Source: Phoronis australis (lineage: Eukaryota; Animalia; Phoronida). Taken from it: 64,000 nucleotides of DNA. Positions 11,801 through 24,881 of the stretch are shown here, piece by piece. The notes beneath the pieces were generated by a model. That model was given only the letters and a program-made list of their open reading frames with translations. It searched no databases and was not told the origin of the DNA. Positions within the stretch are counted from its first letter, which is position 1. Each line of letters begins with the position of its first letter. Where the stretch lies: contig NMRA01000084.1 in NCBI GenBank assembly GCA_002633005.1, positions 961,267 to 1,025,266 on the forward strand, given 5' to 3'. The position numbers and the translations under genes were made by a program.

Positions 11801-14800
11801 GAGCTCTAAATAACAGTCTGAATGAGGACTTCCATGCTCAAACTCAACTTTCTGTTCATGGAATGCACAAAGAGGTTTACATACTCGGTAATGCTGATCT
11901 CTCATACAAAATGGATAAATCAAATCAGTTCAAAACTGAAGCGGAAAATTACTATTTGATGTGCCATTGTTTGTTGCTTTAGGGTATAGCCTGCAAAGCT
12001 GAAGCACTTTATCACCTCGGTAACTTTGAAGTGGCTCTGGTTTTCTATCACCGGGGTCACAAACTAAGACCAGAGCAACAAGAGTTCAGGCTGGGTATAC
12101 AGAAGTCTCAGGAAGCTATTGAAAACAGTATTGGCAGTAAGTGAATTTGCTTCATCTTACTTTGACATTTTTTTTGCTTGAACCATAAGGTGCAGTTGGC
12201 AATTAGTAAATAAATACCAGTGTTATATAATTAAGAGATTGTTGTGTCATAGGTTAAAAACTTGTTAAAAGCAATGATTCTTGTATTTCAATGTGCTAAC
12301 ACCATGGTACTTAGTACTGCACACATTCAAATCTTTGACCTGAACTTAAAATGATCTTCAAGCAAGTGTGTAATTGCTGATGAAGACTATGCATAAATGA
12401 AGTCACGTGGAAATGTTTGTTTTATATGTACAGGGCAATCCCATTGTGTGAATAATGTGTTTTCTGTTGTATTTGTTTAGCTAGAGATGGACAATCTGAC
12501 ATCAAATGAAACAGAAAATGCATATTAACTTGTTAATTTCAGCGCCAGAGACGGTCAGACTCAGAAGCGATGGTGACCTGTCCTTTTTCTGGGAAGCTCA
12601 ACAGGAGGACGTGAGTATCTAAGTATTACAGCAAAATCTGACGTACAACATTTTAGACCAGTGTGAACGTCCTTTCTGTTTGATCCTCTCTTAAATTATG
12701 AGATGGATATAGTGCACTACTCTCATTCTGGAGTATTTGCAGCATTAGATTATTTCTTGAGTCGTTTCAATAGCAGATGTTTTATATGGCTATTATCAAT
12801 CAACACTTGGGGAATTTTATGCATTTTAGCAATGCAGTGAGCATCAGGAAAGTATGAAATTGTAACAGTTTTAACTCTGTTTTTGTTGACTTCATACTTG
12901 AAGAACTTTAACACATTTCATTATGAGCAGATGTTGAGTTGTTTAAGTGGTCCTTATCTTCTGATCAAATCACTAAATAAATTAAATTCAGAGTTACGTG
13001 TCTCCCTCAGTGAGGTCTGCTATGCTTAGCTGGTGTCATCCATATAGGAAATTTCCAATGAGGATCTTTCCCTCAGGCAACATGTATATTGTGGTCAACT
13101 GATTTCAAAGGCAAGCTGTCTAATGTATGCACATAAATTATGACCACCTGCTACAAAGATTGAGACAAGTGTGGACATTATATCAGAGACTGGTTGTCTC
13201 ATCAGGATGACGCCATTGCTGTAACACATCATTTTATTTCAGAAACCAGCCAAGAAGAAGGCTGGAGTGGGTAGATACAGGAAGCCAGGGCAACAGCAGG
13301 CTGCAAGGCAAGAGAAAAGGAAGCCAAAGAACCACGGGAATGATAAAACTATCAAACAGTTACTGGGGCAACTGTATGCTGACAGAGAATTTCTTGAGAA
13401 AATTTACAACGATGAAGGTAAAGAGGCCCGGGTTGTACAGTACATCTCTGTACTACAATCTGTTATTAACCAAGTGATACCTGTATTCATGTCACATGTC
13501 CTTTAGACCCTTTATTTGTACATTTCTATTTATTTTTTTTTTCTCGTTATGTGCGTCACTACCCTTCTCTCTCATCTGAATTGTACCCATGTTTCAGTTG
13601 GAGCTCAAGTTGGTTTCAGGCGTTGTTTATCAGCTGCCTTGAAACCTGAGCACTGTTTCATGAACCGTTGGATTGAAAGTAATGTTCTAATAGCATTTTA
13701 ATTCATTTGTTAAACATCATTCAGTTACCAAGAGTATTTTTTTTGAAATTTTTAATATTTTAAGTCTGTGCCAAAACACACACAGATTGATGTTGTTGTT
13801 GTGTTTGTTGTTGTTGTCGTTGTTAGTTGTCGTTGCTGTTGCTGTTTTGTAGTTCTAAATGTTGTTTGTTTTTGTCAGAACTTTGTTGCATAAAACTTCA
13901 AACTGAGACAGCTTTGATTATCAGCAACATTGTTAAAAATTGCAATGCGAGTGTACTGCTGTTACTGTTTTTATCAAGCACATCACATTTGTGTAACTAG
14001 ACCCCGATATCTCCAATTTCACAGTCTAAGCCATGTTGTAAATTACAGCATTAAGGCCTTATGAAATCAGGTAAAGGTATTTAGTGACTAACCATTGCAT
14101 CGTTCTTAACGCATGCTCGCAGCCGTGAGGATCCAGAACCTAACACTGTGTGAGAAGTGTTATAAACGCACAATTGATTGTCGTTGTCATAAGTTTTTGA
14201 TCGCCAAAGACGACACGCGTAAGATGGTCGAACCTTATCAGGTTAATCTTCATTCAACTCGTTACCGACATCGTGATCCTGAAGTTCTGAATCCTGAGGC
14301 AGTTGTTCCCCCAAGACCATCGCCTGAGGAAAAGGATAAAGATAGCAGTGATCAGAACAGTGAAAAAAGCAAAAAATCACGAAATTCTAAGCAGAAAGGT
14401 GTTTGCGATGTGTTTTTATCATTTTGTTTTTAATTTGGAGTTTACCTACTGAAAAGCCTTTTTGAATATAGCTATTGATATTTTTTGTGTAGCGTGGGGA
14501 ATATGACATGATGACTTTTGGACAATCTTGAGTTCATTGCATTTGAGTAGGTGGAAGGCCTCATGATCTATGTTTTTAAACATGGATTAAAATCCTCTGG
14601 GCATAGACTTAAGACAACACTGTAAAACGCTCGAGTCAACATCGGTGTGTTAATCCGCATCTCTGAACATCCTTTTGTTCACCGTCATTGACTATGTTTT
14701 TGATTATGTGGTTGCTCCGTGAATTAAACCTGCTTCATAAGACTTTGATATTCTGTCTTCTCAACTACAGCCAACTCAAGATTGTACGCAATGCCTCCTG

Positions 14801-17800
14801 TCAGATTTTCAGCACTACATCATTTAAATGAAGCGCTGCTACCAAAGCATACCTTAGATTTGTGGCATCGAACACTTAACCTGGATGTCACTCCTTGTTA
14901 GTTTAAAATTGCTGCGTCTGAGATGTTTTTGTTGCGTTGTGTGTTGCGTTTTGTGGGATACTATTTATTTGACATGTATTGTCTGTCACCTTTGTCACAT
15001 GGTGTGTCGCACAGCTTGAGTGAATTTATGCACAGTACTGTTGTGATTGACGACACTTTTACTGACTGCATTCAAAACCCTGCACATAGGTCTAAGCGCA
15101 AGGTTTTATGCTGTAGAGTAACTGCAACCAATTATTTTGTTATCTAGGTTCTTGAGGTCATTATTTAGAAGTAAACGGGAATCAAAGTTATATTACTTAC
15201 TAGTTGTTCTCAAAAGATGGTGCTACACCAGGTTTGAACATTTCTGAGCCATGTTTGTAAATCCTGAGTCTTGTTTGAATAGTTCTGAGCATTGTTTGAT
15301 TAGTTCTGTTTATACAATAATTGAATGAGATCTAAATGGTTTTTATTTTTTATTCTTTTGTTGTAAAAATGATGGTTAGCAAATGCCAATTACATATTTC
15401 TGGGAATTACCAGAAAGGAAGATTAGGACCCGAAAACATGCCGTTGTGCAATATGTACCGGGTTCGGATTTTTGTTCAGGGAGACCTATGTACCCATATT
15501 CTGGTTGAGGTACTCCTTGCGAACATCTTTTGAAGTTGTTTTAAGAAAGTCTAGCATTAGTAGCTGTTGAATGAATGAACTGTTTACCATGAACATGAAC
15601 AAAATTGTTTGGTTGTAAAATCATGGTTTATATCGCTAACCACTTACGCTTCTTTCAGAGAATAACAATCGCATGACCAAAATCAGTGCCACTATACAGG
15701 AACTGGCCTTGGAGGGTATAGACTACCTGGACTCAAGAACTGATTTCTGGCGACAACAGAAGCCCATGTACTCACGGAAACGTGATAAGGAGATGAGAGA
15801 CAGGGACGCTCGGCGGGGTAGTGGCAAGGGTGCCAGGGGAGACGCAGCAAAATATGTTCTCAAGAATCTGGAAGAAATTGATCAAGGTAGATCGTGTGTT
15901 ATGTGTGTATAGAAGGGAAGCAGAATTTTTTTCAAATAGCTGATTAAGGATTGTAGAATAGGCTGTTGGTTTGCTGTTTTACAAATGCATGTGAAATGTT
16001 GGTATTTCAGTGTAGTGTAGGATGTAGGAACAGTAGGGATTCTTCAAATGAAGGCACTTCATGACTGAAACGGAGCCTTTTTATTTAGTGTAATTTTGAG
16101 TTATGGAAAATGGTAAAGTTATGTACTAGTAAATTTGCATCATTTAGTTTTTGGCCATTTGTTGTCAATTCTTGAACATTGCTGTTCAGTAGAAGTCAAT
16201 GCCTACATATTCATTCTTGACAGTAATTGGGAATTGAAACATAAATTTGATTACTATTTTTAATTTCATATTCTATCCTTCAAAACATTTCATTATTTTA
16301 TACCTAGCAGTGAATTCAAACCACAGTGACATTTGCTTAAAATTTATTCTATCAAGAGAGGTAATGGAACGTCGTTACCGTGTATAATATCTAGTACATC
16401 ACCAGTGATTAAAGTACAAACGTCTAAGTGCCTTTTTTACCTAGAACTGTTTGTAGTGGTTACAATGAATGACCTGTCATTATTATGTGCAGATTTGATG
16501 GTGACTTACAATTCTTTGTATATGTCTTCAATATGCAAATAAGTTTTTTCAACTAAACATTGTTGTGAGCAAAATATATTTGATGAAATCTTCAAGTCTC
16601 AATCTTCCCTGTTACCTTTTGACAGCTCAAACGGATGGCCGACATGAGGATGCACTCAAGCAGTCACGATCTGTACTGAAGACAGTTGACAAGTGGTCAG
16701 ACGAGGACCTACCTAACAGACAGGAAGTGATCGCCAACCTACACAGCTGCATGGGTAACTCGCTGCTGGAGAAGGGCGAATACGAGAAGTCGGTAAAACA
16801 CCATCAGAAGGACTTGGAACTTGCAGAAGAACAGTGAGTGTACTTGACTGTAGCCAGTACTGACATCAATCATGTTTTGTGTATTTCATTAAGTCACATT
16901 CTGCAAAAATTAAGTTTAGGTCGAAATTGACAAATTTAAGGTAGAGCAAATCAAGTATGCTGCATTGAGTTTTGTCGCATGAAATTTATGAACTTCACTC
17001 AATCCATAATGTAATTAATGTGTAAAATTAGAAATGCTAAATAACCTTAAAAATTGAAATTAAATTTTGTTTAGCTAATTTTTTGGTAATGTCATATGTG
17101 GTCTCAAGTGGCAATTACCCAAATATGAGTTAGATTCTCTGAACGCATGTTCAATGCTTAATTTTCTCCTAATGGTCACAGTCTTATGTAAAATGATCAA
17201 GGTTTCTGGTCAGCTTCATTTACACACCAAAGACGTTGTGTTGCAGTACCACAAGTCAGCCAGCATGTACAAAGTTCTTGTGTGATTGGGTCTCTATCAC
17301 ATTCATACATTGCCATATGGGTCTCTATCACATTCATACATTGCCATATGGGTCTCTATCACATTCATACATTGCCATATGGGTCTCTATCACATTCGTA
17401 CATTGCCATATGGGTCTCTATCACATTCGTACATTGCCATATGGGTCTCTATCACATTCGTACATTGCCATATGGGTCTCTATCACATTCATACATTGCC
17501 ATATGGGTCTCTATCACATTCATACATTGCCATATGGGTCTCTATCACATTCATACATTGCCATATTTCTGTGTTAATGTAATTGTCGTCACGTCTGTCT
17601 ACTGTGATGGTATCCTTCAAAAATGGCTACGTTCAGAACATCTACCAGATAATTACTTCTTTATCAGTTTTGTTTGTAATAATCCACGTTTGCATAATTT
17701 TAGTGATTTACATGACGCAAAGTCACGAGCGATGGATAATCTGGGTCGAGTGTATGCCAGGATGGGCAAGTTTGAAGACGCCGTAGAAATGTAAGTTCAC

Positions 17801-20800
17801 TTGTCAGAGGTTGGAACGTTTTGGGTTTCACGTTATACACTGTATAATTTATTGGCATGTGGACCTGCATTAAATACTGGTAGTAAAGTTGTTGGTTTAA
17901 CAACTGTTCTATAGAGAAATGTAACAGAAGCTGTGTGCTTTCAAATAAGATCAGAGTTGAATGCTTTCTATGATTCTTCCTTGTTCTGGGATTTATGACC
18001 TTATCTGTCAGCCATTAAATGGTTGTCCAAAATCCCAAATTCCACATCAAATTTCACATTGTAAGCCGACATCTTTTTACAGTTGGAATGACAAAGTTCC
18101 TCTTAGTAAATCAGCGCTTGAAACAACATGGCTGTACCATGAGATAGGCCGATGCCACCTGGAGCTTGGTCAACACGAAAAAGCAAAGGACTTTGGTGAG
18201 CGGTCATTGGCTGCGGCACAGGAGGCTGAGGACAATGTCTGGCAGTTGAATGCCAGTGTGCTGATTGCACAGGCTGAAGGTATGTGTTGAGTGGGTTAAT
18301 ATCTTTTAAACAAATTTTCAAAACACTAAGAAATTTGACTTACTTCCTTTACAGTTTCAAAACTTTTTATTGGGACATTCCAGTGAAATGTATATCTCAG
18401 TACACCTCTTGAATGTCATGTATTGGATAGGATAAGTTTGATCCATTAATTATTGAACTCCAGCTTAGAATTTGATAGTTATTTATAGGCATTTCATTAG
18501 TATAGAACTTTACTCAGAGACCCATTTGGTGAGGTGTAAACAAAAATGATTCCCTAACAACTTGTTTTAACCTTGTTTATGGCCTAGTTTTGTACTCCCT
18601 TCAGTTAAATGTGGAGACTACCAGTCAGCCGTTGACTCGTTTGAGAGGTCACTGGAGATGGCTAAAGCTCAAGGTGACACAGAGGCAGAGAGGGCAATCA
18701 AGAAGGCTTTAGAAGACGTGAATGATAAGATTGTGAAGGGACTGAAAGGGGAGGAAGATGGTGAAGAGAAGACAGATACAGGTATATGGAAGAGTCAGAG
18801 TATCTTGGGGGGAGGTCAGTGGTTCAGTGGGATTCTTAATCTGTGGAGTGGGGGAAGAGAGAAGGCTATGGTTTAGCGCTGCAGCCATTCGCCGATTTTT
18901 CGCAACACCGTCGTTAAAAGAAAACATCAGTGAAACTAAAATTATTACCAAGATCCCTAAAAATTTGAAAACTCGCGTAAATCAAGTGATATCTGCTCGT
19001 CCAGTTGCAAAATAATGTTCATCTTGGAGTGCTAAGAATTTTAAAAAGTCACAGTAACAGGGCATAAAGTCACCTCAGATCGGCACTCAAAGTCTTCATG
19101 TGGTAGCGAAGGGCAGCACCATCTGTTGTTCACATGAGAAACGTAACCTCCATGTTTTGATCCCGTCTCATTACCAATCAGCCTTGCCTGTACTCACTGA
19201 TAATGTAACTCAAAACCAACCTTTGAACTGAAAAAAGTTCCTGTTTTACAGATGGCAAAGAGCAGGAAGAGGAAGATCAAGCCCCTGACGAGGATGGGTA
19301 TGACCAGGATTTTGAGGGTAAGCACACCATGCATTGATTGGGCTTCTGTAGAGTATGCTTCTTTCTGTATGGCCCCATCGTGGTGAGGTCCTAATATGGT
19401 GCATTGCCATGGGAAAGGTGCAGAGGTTCATGGAATCTGGTACTGTGTCATCTATTTATTGTGTAAACTTAAGACAAAAATAATATTCAGTGTGCAGTTT
19501 CTGAGGAAAATGGAGGAGTCAGGAGAAAAGTCAAAGCTGGTACTTGATCATAGTTTTTATTATTTTCAGGATTCCTTTATTTTGTTTTTGTTATTTCAGT
19601 GTGCTTTTCTGCTTTCAGGTCTTAGATTTTTCTTCATAATGACTTTTCTTGCCTTTGATTCTGCAATGTTTGCGTGATGTCCATGCTTATCTGATTATTA
19701 CATTATATAAATGTACACCACTGGTCATAACATGAGATTTTTGTGCTTAAAACAATCACTACAAATCTTCACTATCAAGCGGACGTTCAGCTTATTTCAG
19801 ACTTAATCACTTTGCTAAAATTTATTGTTTTTAAAAAGGGGGTGATGCCGGAAAACAAGACTCCACTGTTGATGAAGTTCAACATGTCGATGACAATAAA
19901 CCTGTCTTGGATAAACCAGGTAGCAGCTAGTAGTTAGACAAATATCAGTTTCAGTACACTCATTTGTATAATTGGTTTTATGATCTTTTCATCCTTCATA
20001 CACGTAATGGACACTGTTATGACATTCTCTTTTTGATGGAGTTCAGAGTTATAGCCTCATTGAAATTTTGTCATTTTAATCCTGTCAAAAGCATGACAAT
20101 CACTCAGATAAAGAAGTTGATAATAAATAGCCGTGTCTCAGGGCTTGGAATTTCCTCTTTTAAGAGGATTTCCTCTTTTCTGGTTTCAATTTCCTCTTAT
20201 TTGATTTCCAGATTCCTCTTTTTTCATCAGACTCTTTTTTGTCAACATTGTTCATGCAAAAACGTTCATTTCAATTGAATTTTACAACACAAAACTATTT
20301 CTATCATACAAGCTTATTTATTTGTGGAATGATACATCACCTGGAAAATTTTCCTCTTTTTTTGGCATTGGTCATTTCAAGCCCTGTTGTCTTTAGGCGA
20401 TGGATTATATGGCCACTTGTCATGTGTCCCCCAATGCAGTGATGAGAATGTTGATAATGCAATCGTGTTTAATATTTGCATTTTTTATGTATTGTTAAGA
20501 GAGTGGAGAGGAACTGTTAAGTCCGGATAAGGCATCCTCCAATGAGAAAGAGATCATCACTGATGATCTACAAGGTACTCCAAATGGATGTTGATTCAAA
20601 TCATTGAGATGAATTTAAAGTTAATTATAATGTTTGCTTAGTAAATGGTTTAAAAATTGTATAAGTCACAATATGATAATTAATAAGGTGCAAGCGTTTC
20701 ACTTATAGACTTCAAAAAGTCCAAGAAGTATTACGGTCCTGCGCATGTTTCATTTAAAACTAAAATATTCATTTCTTTAGTTTTTTTTCTGAAAAATTGA

Positions 20801-23800
20801 TGTGTACTTCTCATTTGTTTTTTTGGGAAAATCTTTGTTTTCGTATCAGTACATAATATTTTTGTTCGTCAAATATTCAATCCTTTTAATCTCTATCATG
20901 ATTATTGTTCAGATATTACCTTATTTGTGTTCTGCCTCTAGTTTATGTTGTGTTTTTTATCAAAAACTGCATCAGCCAACGAGAAGACAGCATCATCTCC
21001 AGAACAGACACCAGGTAGCAGCATTGCATGATCCTCCCATCCCCTGCCCCTGCTCTATATTGCATGTTCTCAATACTTATACCCCTCAGCTCCAACAGTG
21101 AATTGAGACCATAATTATTACTGCATGCTCATTCCACACACCAACATTCCCTGGTGTTATTTTTTATTCGCAGAACGTTAGCTTAGGGAAGTGGTAGCAT
21201 TTAGATATTTTAGTGGTTTGTTGTGTTCTTGTTTTAAGTCAGGATACACCAGTGCTTTTACTAGAAGATTTGGACAGAAAATGCGCGTCGGTTGTGTAAT
21301 GTAAACCCAGCATTAAAAGACAAAGACGTAAAGTGAAGTTCAGTCGTCAAAATTTCAAATCAAAATTCTCTACAGTCATCTTATATATTGAAGTATAGGG
21401 CTAGCCTTGTTATTGGTGTTATTTTTCCACAGTTATTTTTTACATTATGGGTATCCATTTGAACTGCATGGTGAATTGTAGCCTATCCCTACAATAGGGT
21501 AAAAGGTTAAGGATTTTCAGGAAGTGATGTCAGTGCACTAATAATATTTTCATGTTGTGAACTGCATGTGGCAGAGATGACACAACTAGGCATTGTTTGG
21601 AATGAATGCTCTGCATGACGTGGCTACGGTTGTGAGATGATCACCATCCTCCGATAGTGATTATGAGATTTATCGCACAGTGTGTTTTGCTATTTCATTT
21701 TGTAGGTCCTGTCTGTGTGAAGACATAGTGTTGTCAATGTTTGTATAATGTCATAGTGACTATTCATTTTCAGATGAGGGGACTCTAGACACTGACAGAA
21801 CAGAGGACAATGAAGGTGCTCAGAGCATGTACCTTATGTCATACTGTGTGCCGCAGACTTTAGTTCCTTTTCCTGCCCCATTTTCGTTCATTCTGGCATT
21901 CTAATTTCTTGTGTTCAACTTTTGGACAAGCCGTCTACACTCTGCTATTGTCATGTTGTACTTTGTGTATCACGTTTCAGCTCAAGGAGTCGTGTCAGAA
22001 TTCCTGTCTAAACACTCTGATAGTGATGTATGACAAAGTATAAAAAATCACAGTATGGAGATACAGCTTTAGGGATATCCTTAGCAAACGACATTTTGAA
22101 AACTCAATGCAATATCTTTTTGCTAACACTCTTGCCACTAAACAGTACTTTCAAATATTTTGATTGTTGTCGGCGTATCATGATTTCAAATCATTTAAGC
22201 AAATTTCAACCCCATGGACACCCTCTTTACCTCTCTCCCTTGCATATCTTTGTACACAACAGTATTGTTGAAAGTCAAAATTCTTACAAGTGTGTGTAGG
22301 CTCTTCTATGTAAGAGCTTTGACCTCCTGCGTGTGCTTAGATTATAATTTCAGGCATGACGTACAAAAATGTTGAACAATTTATTCAAATTTTGATTTGA
22401 TGTGGACTGCGTGAAAATATTTTTTTTTCTTTCAAACTCTTGGTTTCCAGAAGGGTTACATATTGTTGGTTGTGTTTGGTTTGTTTTGGTTTTTGACAGT
22501 TGCCATGTTACGCATGTTTCTTCATGTAGTTAACAAATGTTATAAGCATTAACATTTTCAATCATCTCATAGTTGTAGAATAAATAAATGATTTAATCCA
22601 ATAAATGAACTAAGGATTTACACTTAGTGACCTTGTGTCCGCATCACGCAGACTGCAGCTTGGCTATTGTTGTTATGACCAATAGGTGGTGCTGTGGTCA
22701 ACTGGCATGGTGGATTGGAGGTCTACAATTACAACTCAAGACCATTGCCAATGTACTTCACTGCCTGACCAAAGCGCCATCTATTGATGAAAACAACAAT
22801 AGCTAACCTGAAATTTGTGAGATGTGTACACGTTGCTAATGGTCCTCAGTTCCAGTATTCAATTAATACTTTATTTATTCATCAAGTGTTACAATGGTCA
22901 GTACACAGCTGCCACTCTTAGATGAAGAATAACAGATTTTTGACTACAATCATTCTGTTGTGTATGGCAATTTTTTATATATGAAAATTGATGTTTTGGA
23001 GCACTGACTAGACTTTTCCAAGAAGGCTTGGCTGCCCTGTACCACATCACATGCATGAATCTTTGTAGTTAACGTTTTTTTTTTAATTGTGAGAAAATAT
23101 TCTCTCCTTTGCATGCAGATTAGACGCCGTCTCAAACTGGTCAGTAGTTTGATTGAATGGTAGCATTTTGTTTGTGGGTTGTCCGGTTTCATGTGATCTT
23201 TTTAGATAAATTTTGTTTTCTCAACTCTCAGATTTTGTTTTCACTATATTTTTCTTTTTATGATCAATAATTGCATACTCGTAATTTTCAAATTGAAGTG
23301 TTTAAGTGTGGCATGATACACACTAGGCTTCCTGTTTGTTGGTTTCCTTTTAGTTCTTTTATTCCTTCACTGTGTTGCCCAGTCTGCATTCATTGTCTAT
23401 TCATCTCTTTCAATGCTATATTTCTTAAATATGACTTGGAAGGGTAATGTGTGTCACAAAGGCATGATTACTGTTTTGAAGATATAGCATTTCTATAAAC
23501 TGTACTCTAATAATTTTGATTTTTTCAAATTTTGCATAGATGCAGATTTTTTCTGTTAATTTGAACACCTAAATTAAGATGTTAATACTTGATACACTCC
23601 ATAAAAATCTATAATTTGTACGAAAAATTACGAATTATTATTTGTAGAAAAATTATGGATTGTACCATGCAAAGTGCTATTAACTAACCGCAGTAGTGTT
23701 GAGAAATCAAAATGGAAATAAAAAATTCTACAATATGGTAATAGACCCAAATTGGTTATTTCAGGTGAAGAAAAGAAAGAAAAGACAAATCAGGATGAGG

Positions 23801-23907
23801 AAAAAGAGCCAGAAAAAGATGCTTTGGATGATAATGCGAATGAGACAGTGCAAGAGAATGAACAACAGAGTCAAGATATTGAGCAAAAGGAGGAAGATGC
23901 AGCATAA
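8878..23907 (+). CDS. TTC25: Outer dynein arm docking complex subunit 4 (TPR repeat protein 25), multi-exon
   Basis: Phase-consistent GT-AG exons: 8878-8991 (or alternative 9844-10041), 10825-10956, 11983-12136, 12543-12610, 13243-13417, 15659-15886, 16626-16833, 17704-17790, 18083-18279 and 18605-18781. These are followed by mini-exons 19252-19317, 19498-19539, 19839-19919, 20500-20574, 20976-21014 and 21774-21815, and last exon 23765-23907 (TAA). Motifs DKNCLVSRSKC, FEVALVFYHRGHKLRP, QLLGQLYADREFLE, FWRQQKPMY, KSRAMDNLGRVYAR, TWLYHEIGRC and WQLNASVLIAQA match TTC25/ODAD4. Confidence 0.95.
9844..10041 (+). CDS. TTC25: Alternative first coding exon (1b) of TTC25/ODAD4
   Basis: ATG in aaaATG context with an in-frame TGA upstream at 9826. 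The exon has 66 codons ending SFETLRDEASHFMHTSQFDRAIEVYNQ, then cag|gtagat in phase 0, in frame with exon 10825 (ALEMKPEDKNC). Confidence 0.75.
13788..13850 (+). repeat. Imperfect (GTT)n microsatellite
   Basis: tgttgttgtt...gttgttgtcgttgttagttgtcgttgctgttgctg. Confidence 0.7.
14113..14398 (+). CDS. Candidate cassette exon (14123-14398) or internal first exon (ATG 14113) of TTC25
   Basis: Open, protein-like frame (CEKCYKRTIDCRCH...PPRPSPEEKDKDSSDQNSEKSKK). The acceptor ctcgcag| is phase 1 and the donor aaag|gtgttt is phase 1, matching the flanking TTC25 exons. Confidence 0.5.
17287..17565. repeat. 31-bp minisatellite, 9 copies, intronic in TTC25
   Basis: Unit tgggtctctatcacattc(a/g)tacattgccata repeated head to tail with no spacers. 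Confidence 0.97.
21981..22033 (+). CDS. Candidate alternative terminal coding exon of TTC25 (AQGVVSEFLSKHSDSDV*)
   Basis: Acceptor cacgtttcag| in phase 1 and stop TGA at 22031-22033. Clustered AATAAA signals lie at about 22579-22605, before the main last exon. Confidence 0.45.
22635..22831. mobile_element. MITE-like foldback element with about 66-bp imperfect inverted arms
   Basis: 22635-22700 (gtgtccgcatc...gctattgttgtt...caataggtggtgctgtggtca) is the imperfect reverse complement of 22766-22831 (tgaccaaagcgccatctattg...aacaacaatagc...gatgtgtacac). Confidence 0.65.
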
Positions 23908-24881
23908 CCCACAGACTCTTTTAAGTGCAGAGAATAAGACTTGATATCTACTGTTTTGTCCTGCATTGATGGTCTACACAGGCGAGATGTCTTATAGATA
24001 AGCCAACTAGTGTGCACCAGAACACAACGCTGCCCTCTATTGGCCCAGAAGTAGCATGATCTTGCCATTAGTTGGTTTGATTGTGATCACTGCCAATCTT
24101 AAGTGTTTATGCTGAAAAGCTATGTTGAACAGGGGTTTAAAAGGTCCCACCAGGTGTAGTGAAATTAAGAGAATATTGTGCAATGATAGCAGGGTCGAAG
24201 ATGATTTTCTGAAGTCTTTAAGGAGCTACGTTCCGTCCATTTTGTTTGGAGCTCATTTCCACGTGGAATTGAGAACAATGTTCAACTCATTTATAAAGTT
24301 TTGTATACTTTTAAAGAATTTCTTGACAAACATTTCACTGTTGGAAAATTTATTTATAAAATTTACATTCCCCATATAATTATATATTATATACTTTTAT
24401 GTACAATTTTGGAAAATACATGGTATTCTTTATACAATGACGTGTTGTGACATGAAACCCTGGATATCACAGTTGTGGAATGAACTCAGTAAAAATTACA
24501 AGAGTCATTACGCAAGACTAGAGTTATCAGATACTCAATTGGGCCAACATATTGATTGCACAGGAACTGAATGTCACCAAACTGTTAATTAACTACCAAC
24601 TCTTTCCACAAAATCCTATTTAAAGGTGGCTATAAACCTGACATGTGATCTAAAGTACTTGCTATTGACTGTTATAGCAGGTGGTTCTAATCAAAAGATA
24701 GTTTCTTGGATAAAATGTGGGTTTATAGCCCCGTTTAGTGCTAAACTTAAAACAAAACAAACAAAAGTATTGAGCCGTAAACGATTGCATAGACGACGCA
24801 GATAGAGATTCTAAAACACAAAACAATCCTTAACGCAATGAAACCCAACGTTATATCAACAATAACTAAAGATGAAACTAG

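Noticed and set aside
17236-17794. Repetitive His/Cys-rich ORFs, or a CRISPR-like array
   Set aside because: This is a 31-bp head-to-tail minisatellite with no unique spacers, in a eukaryotic intron. Only 17704-17790 is a real exon.
23696-23944. Basic Lys/Arg/Met-rich ORF
   Set aside because: It is the off-frame reading of the acidic TTC25 last exon.
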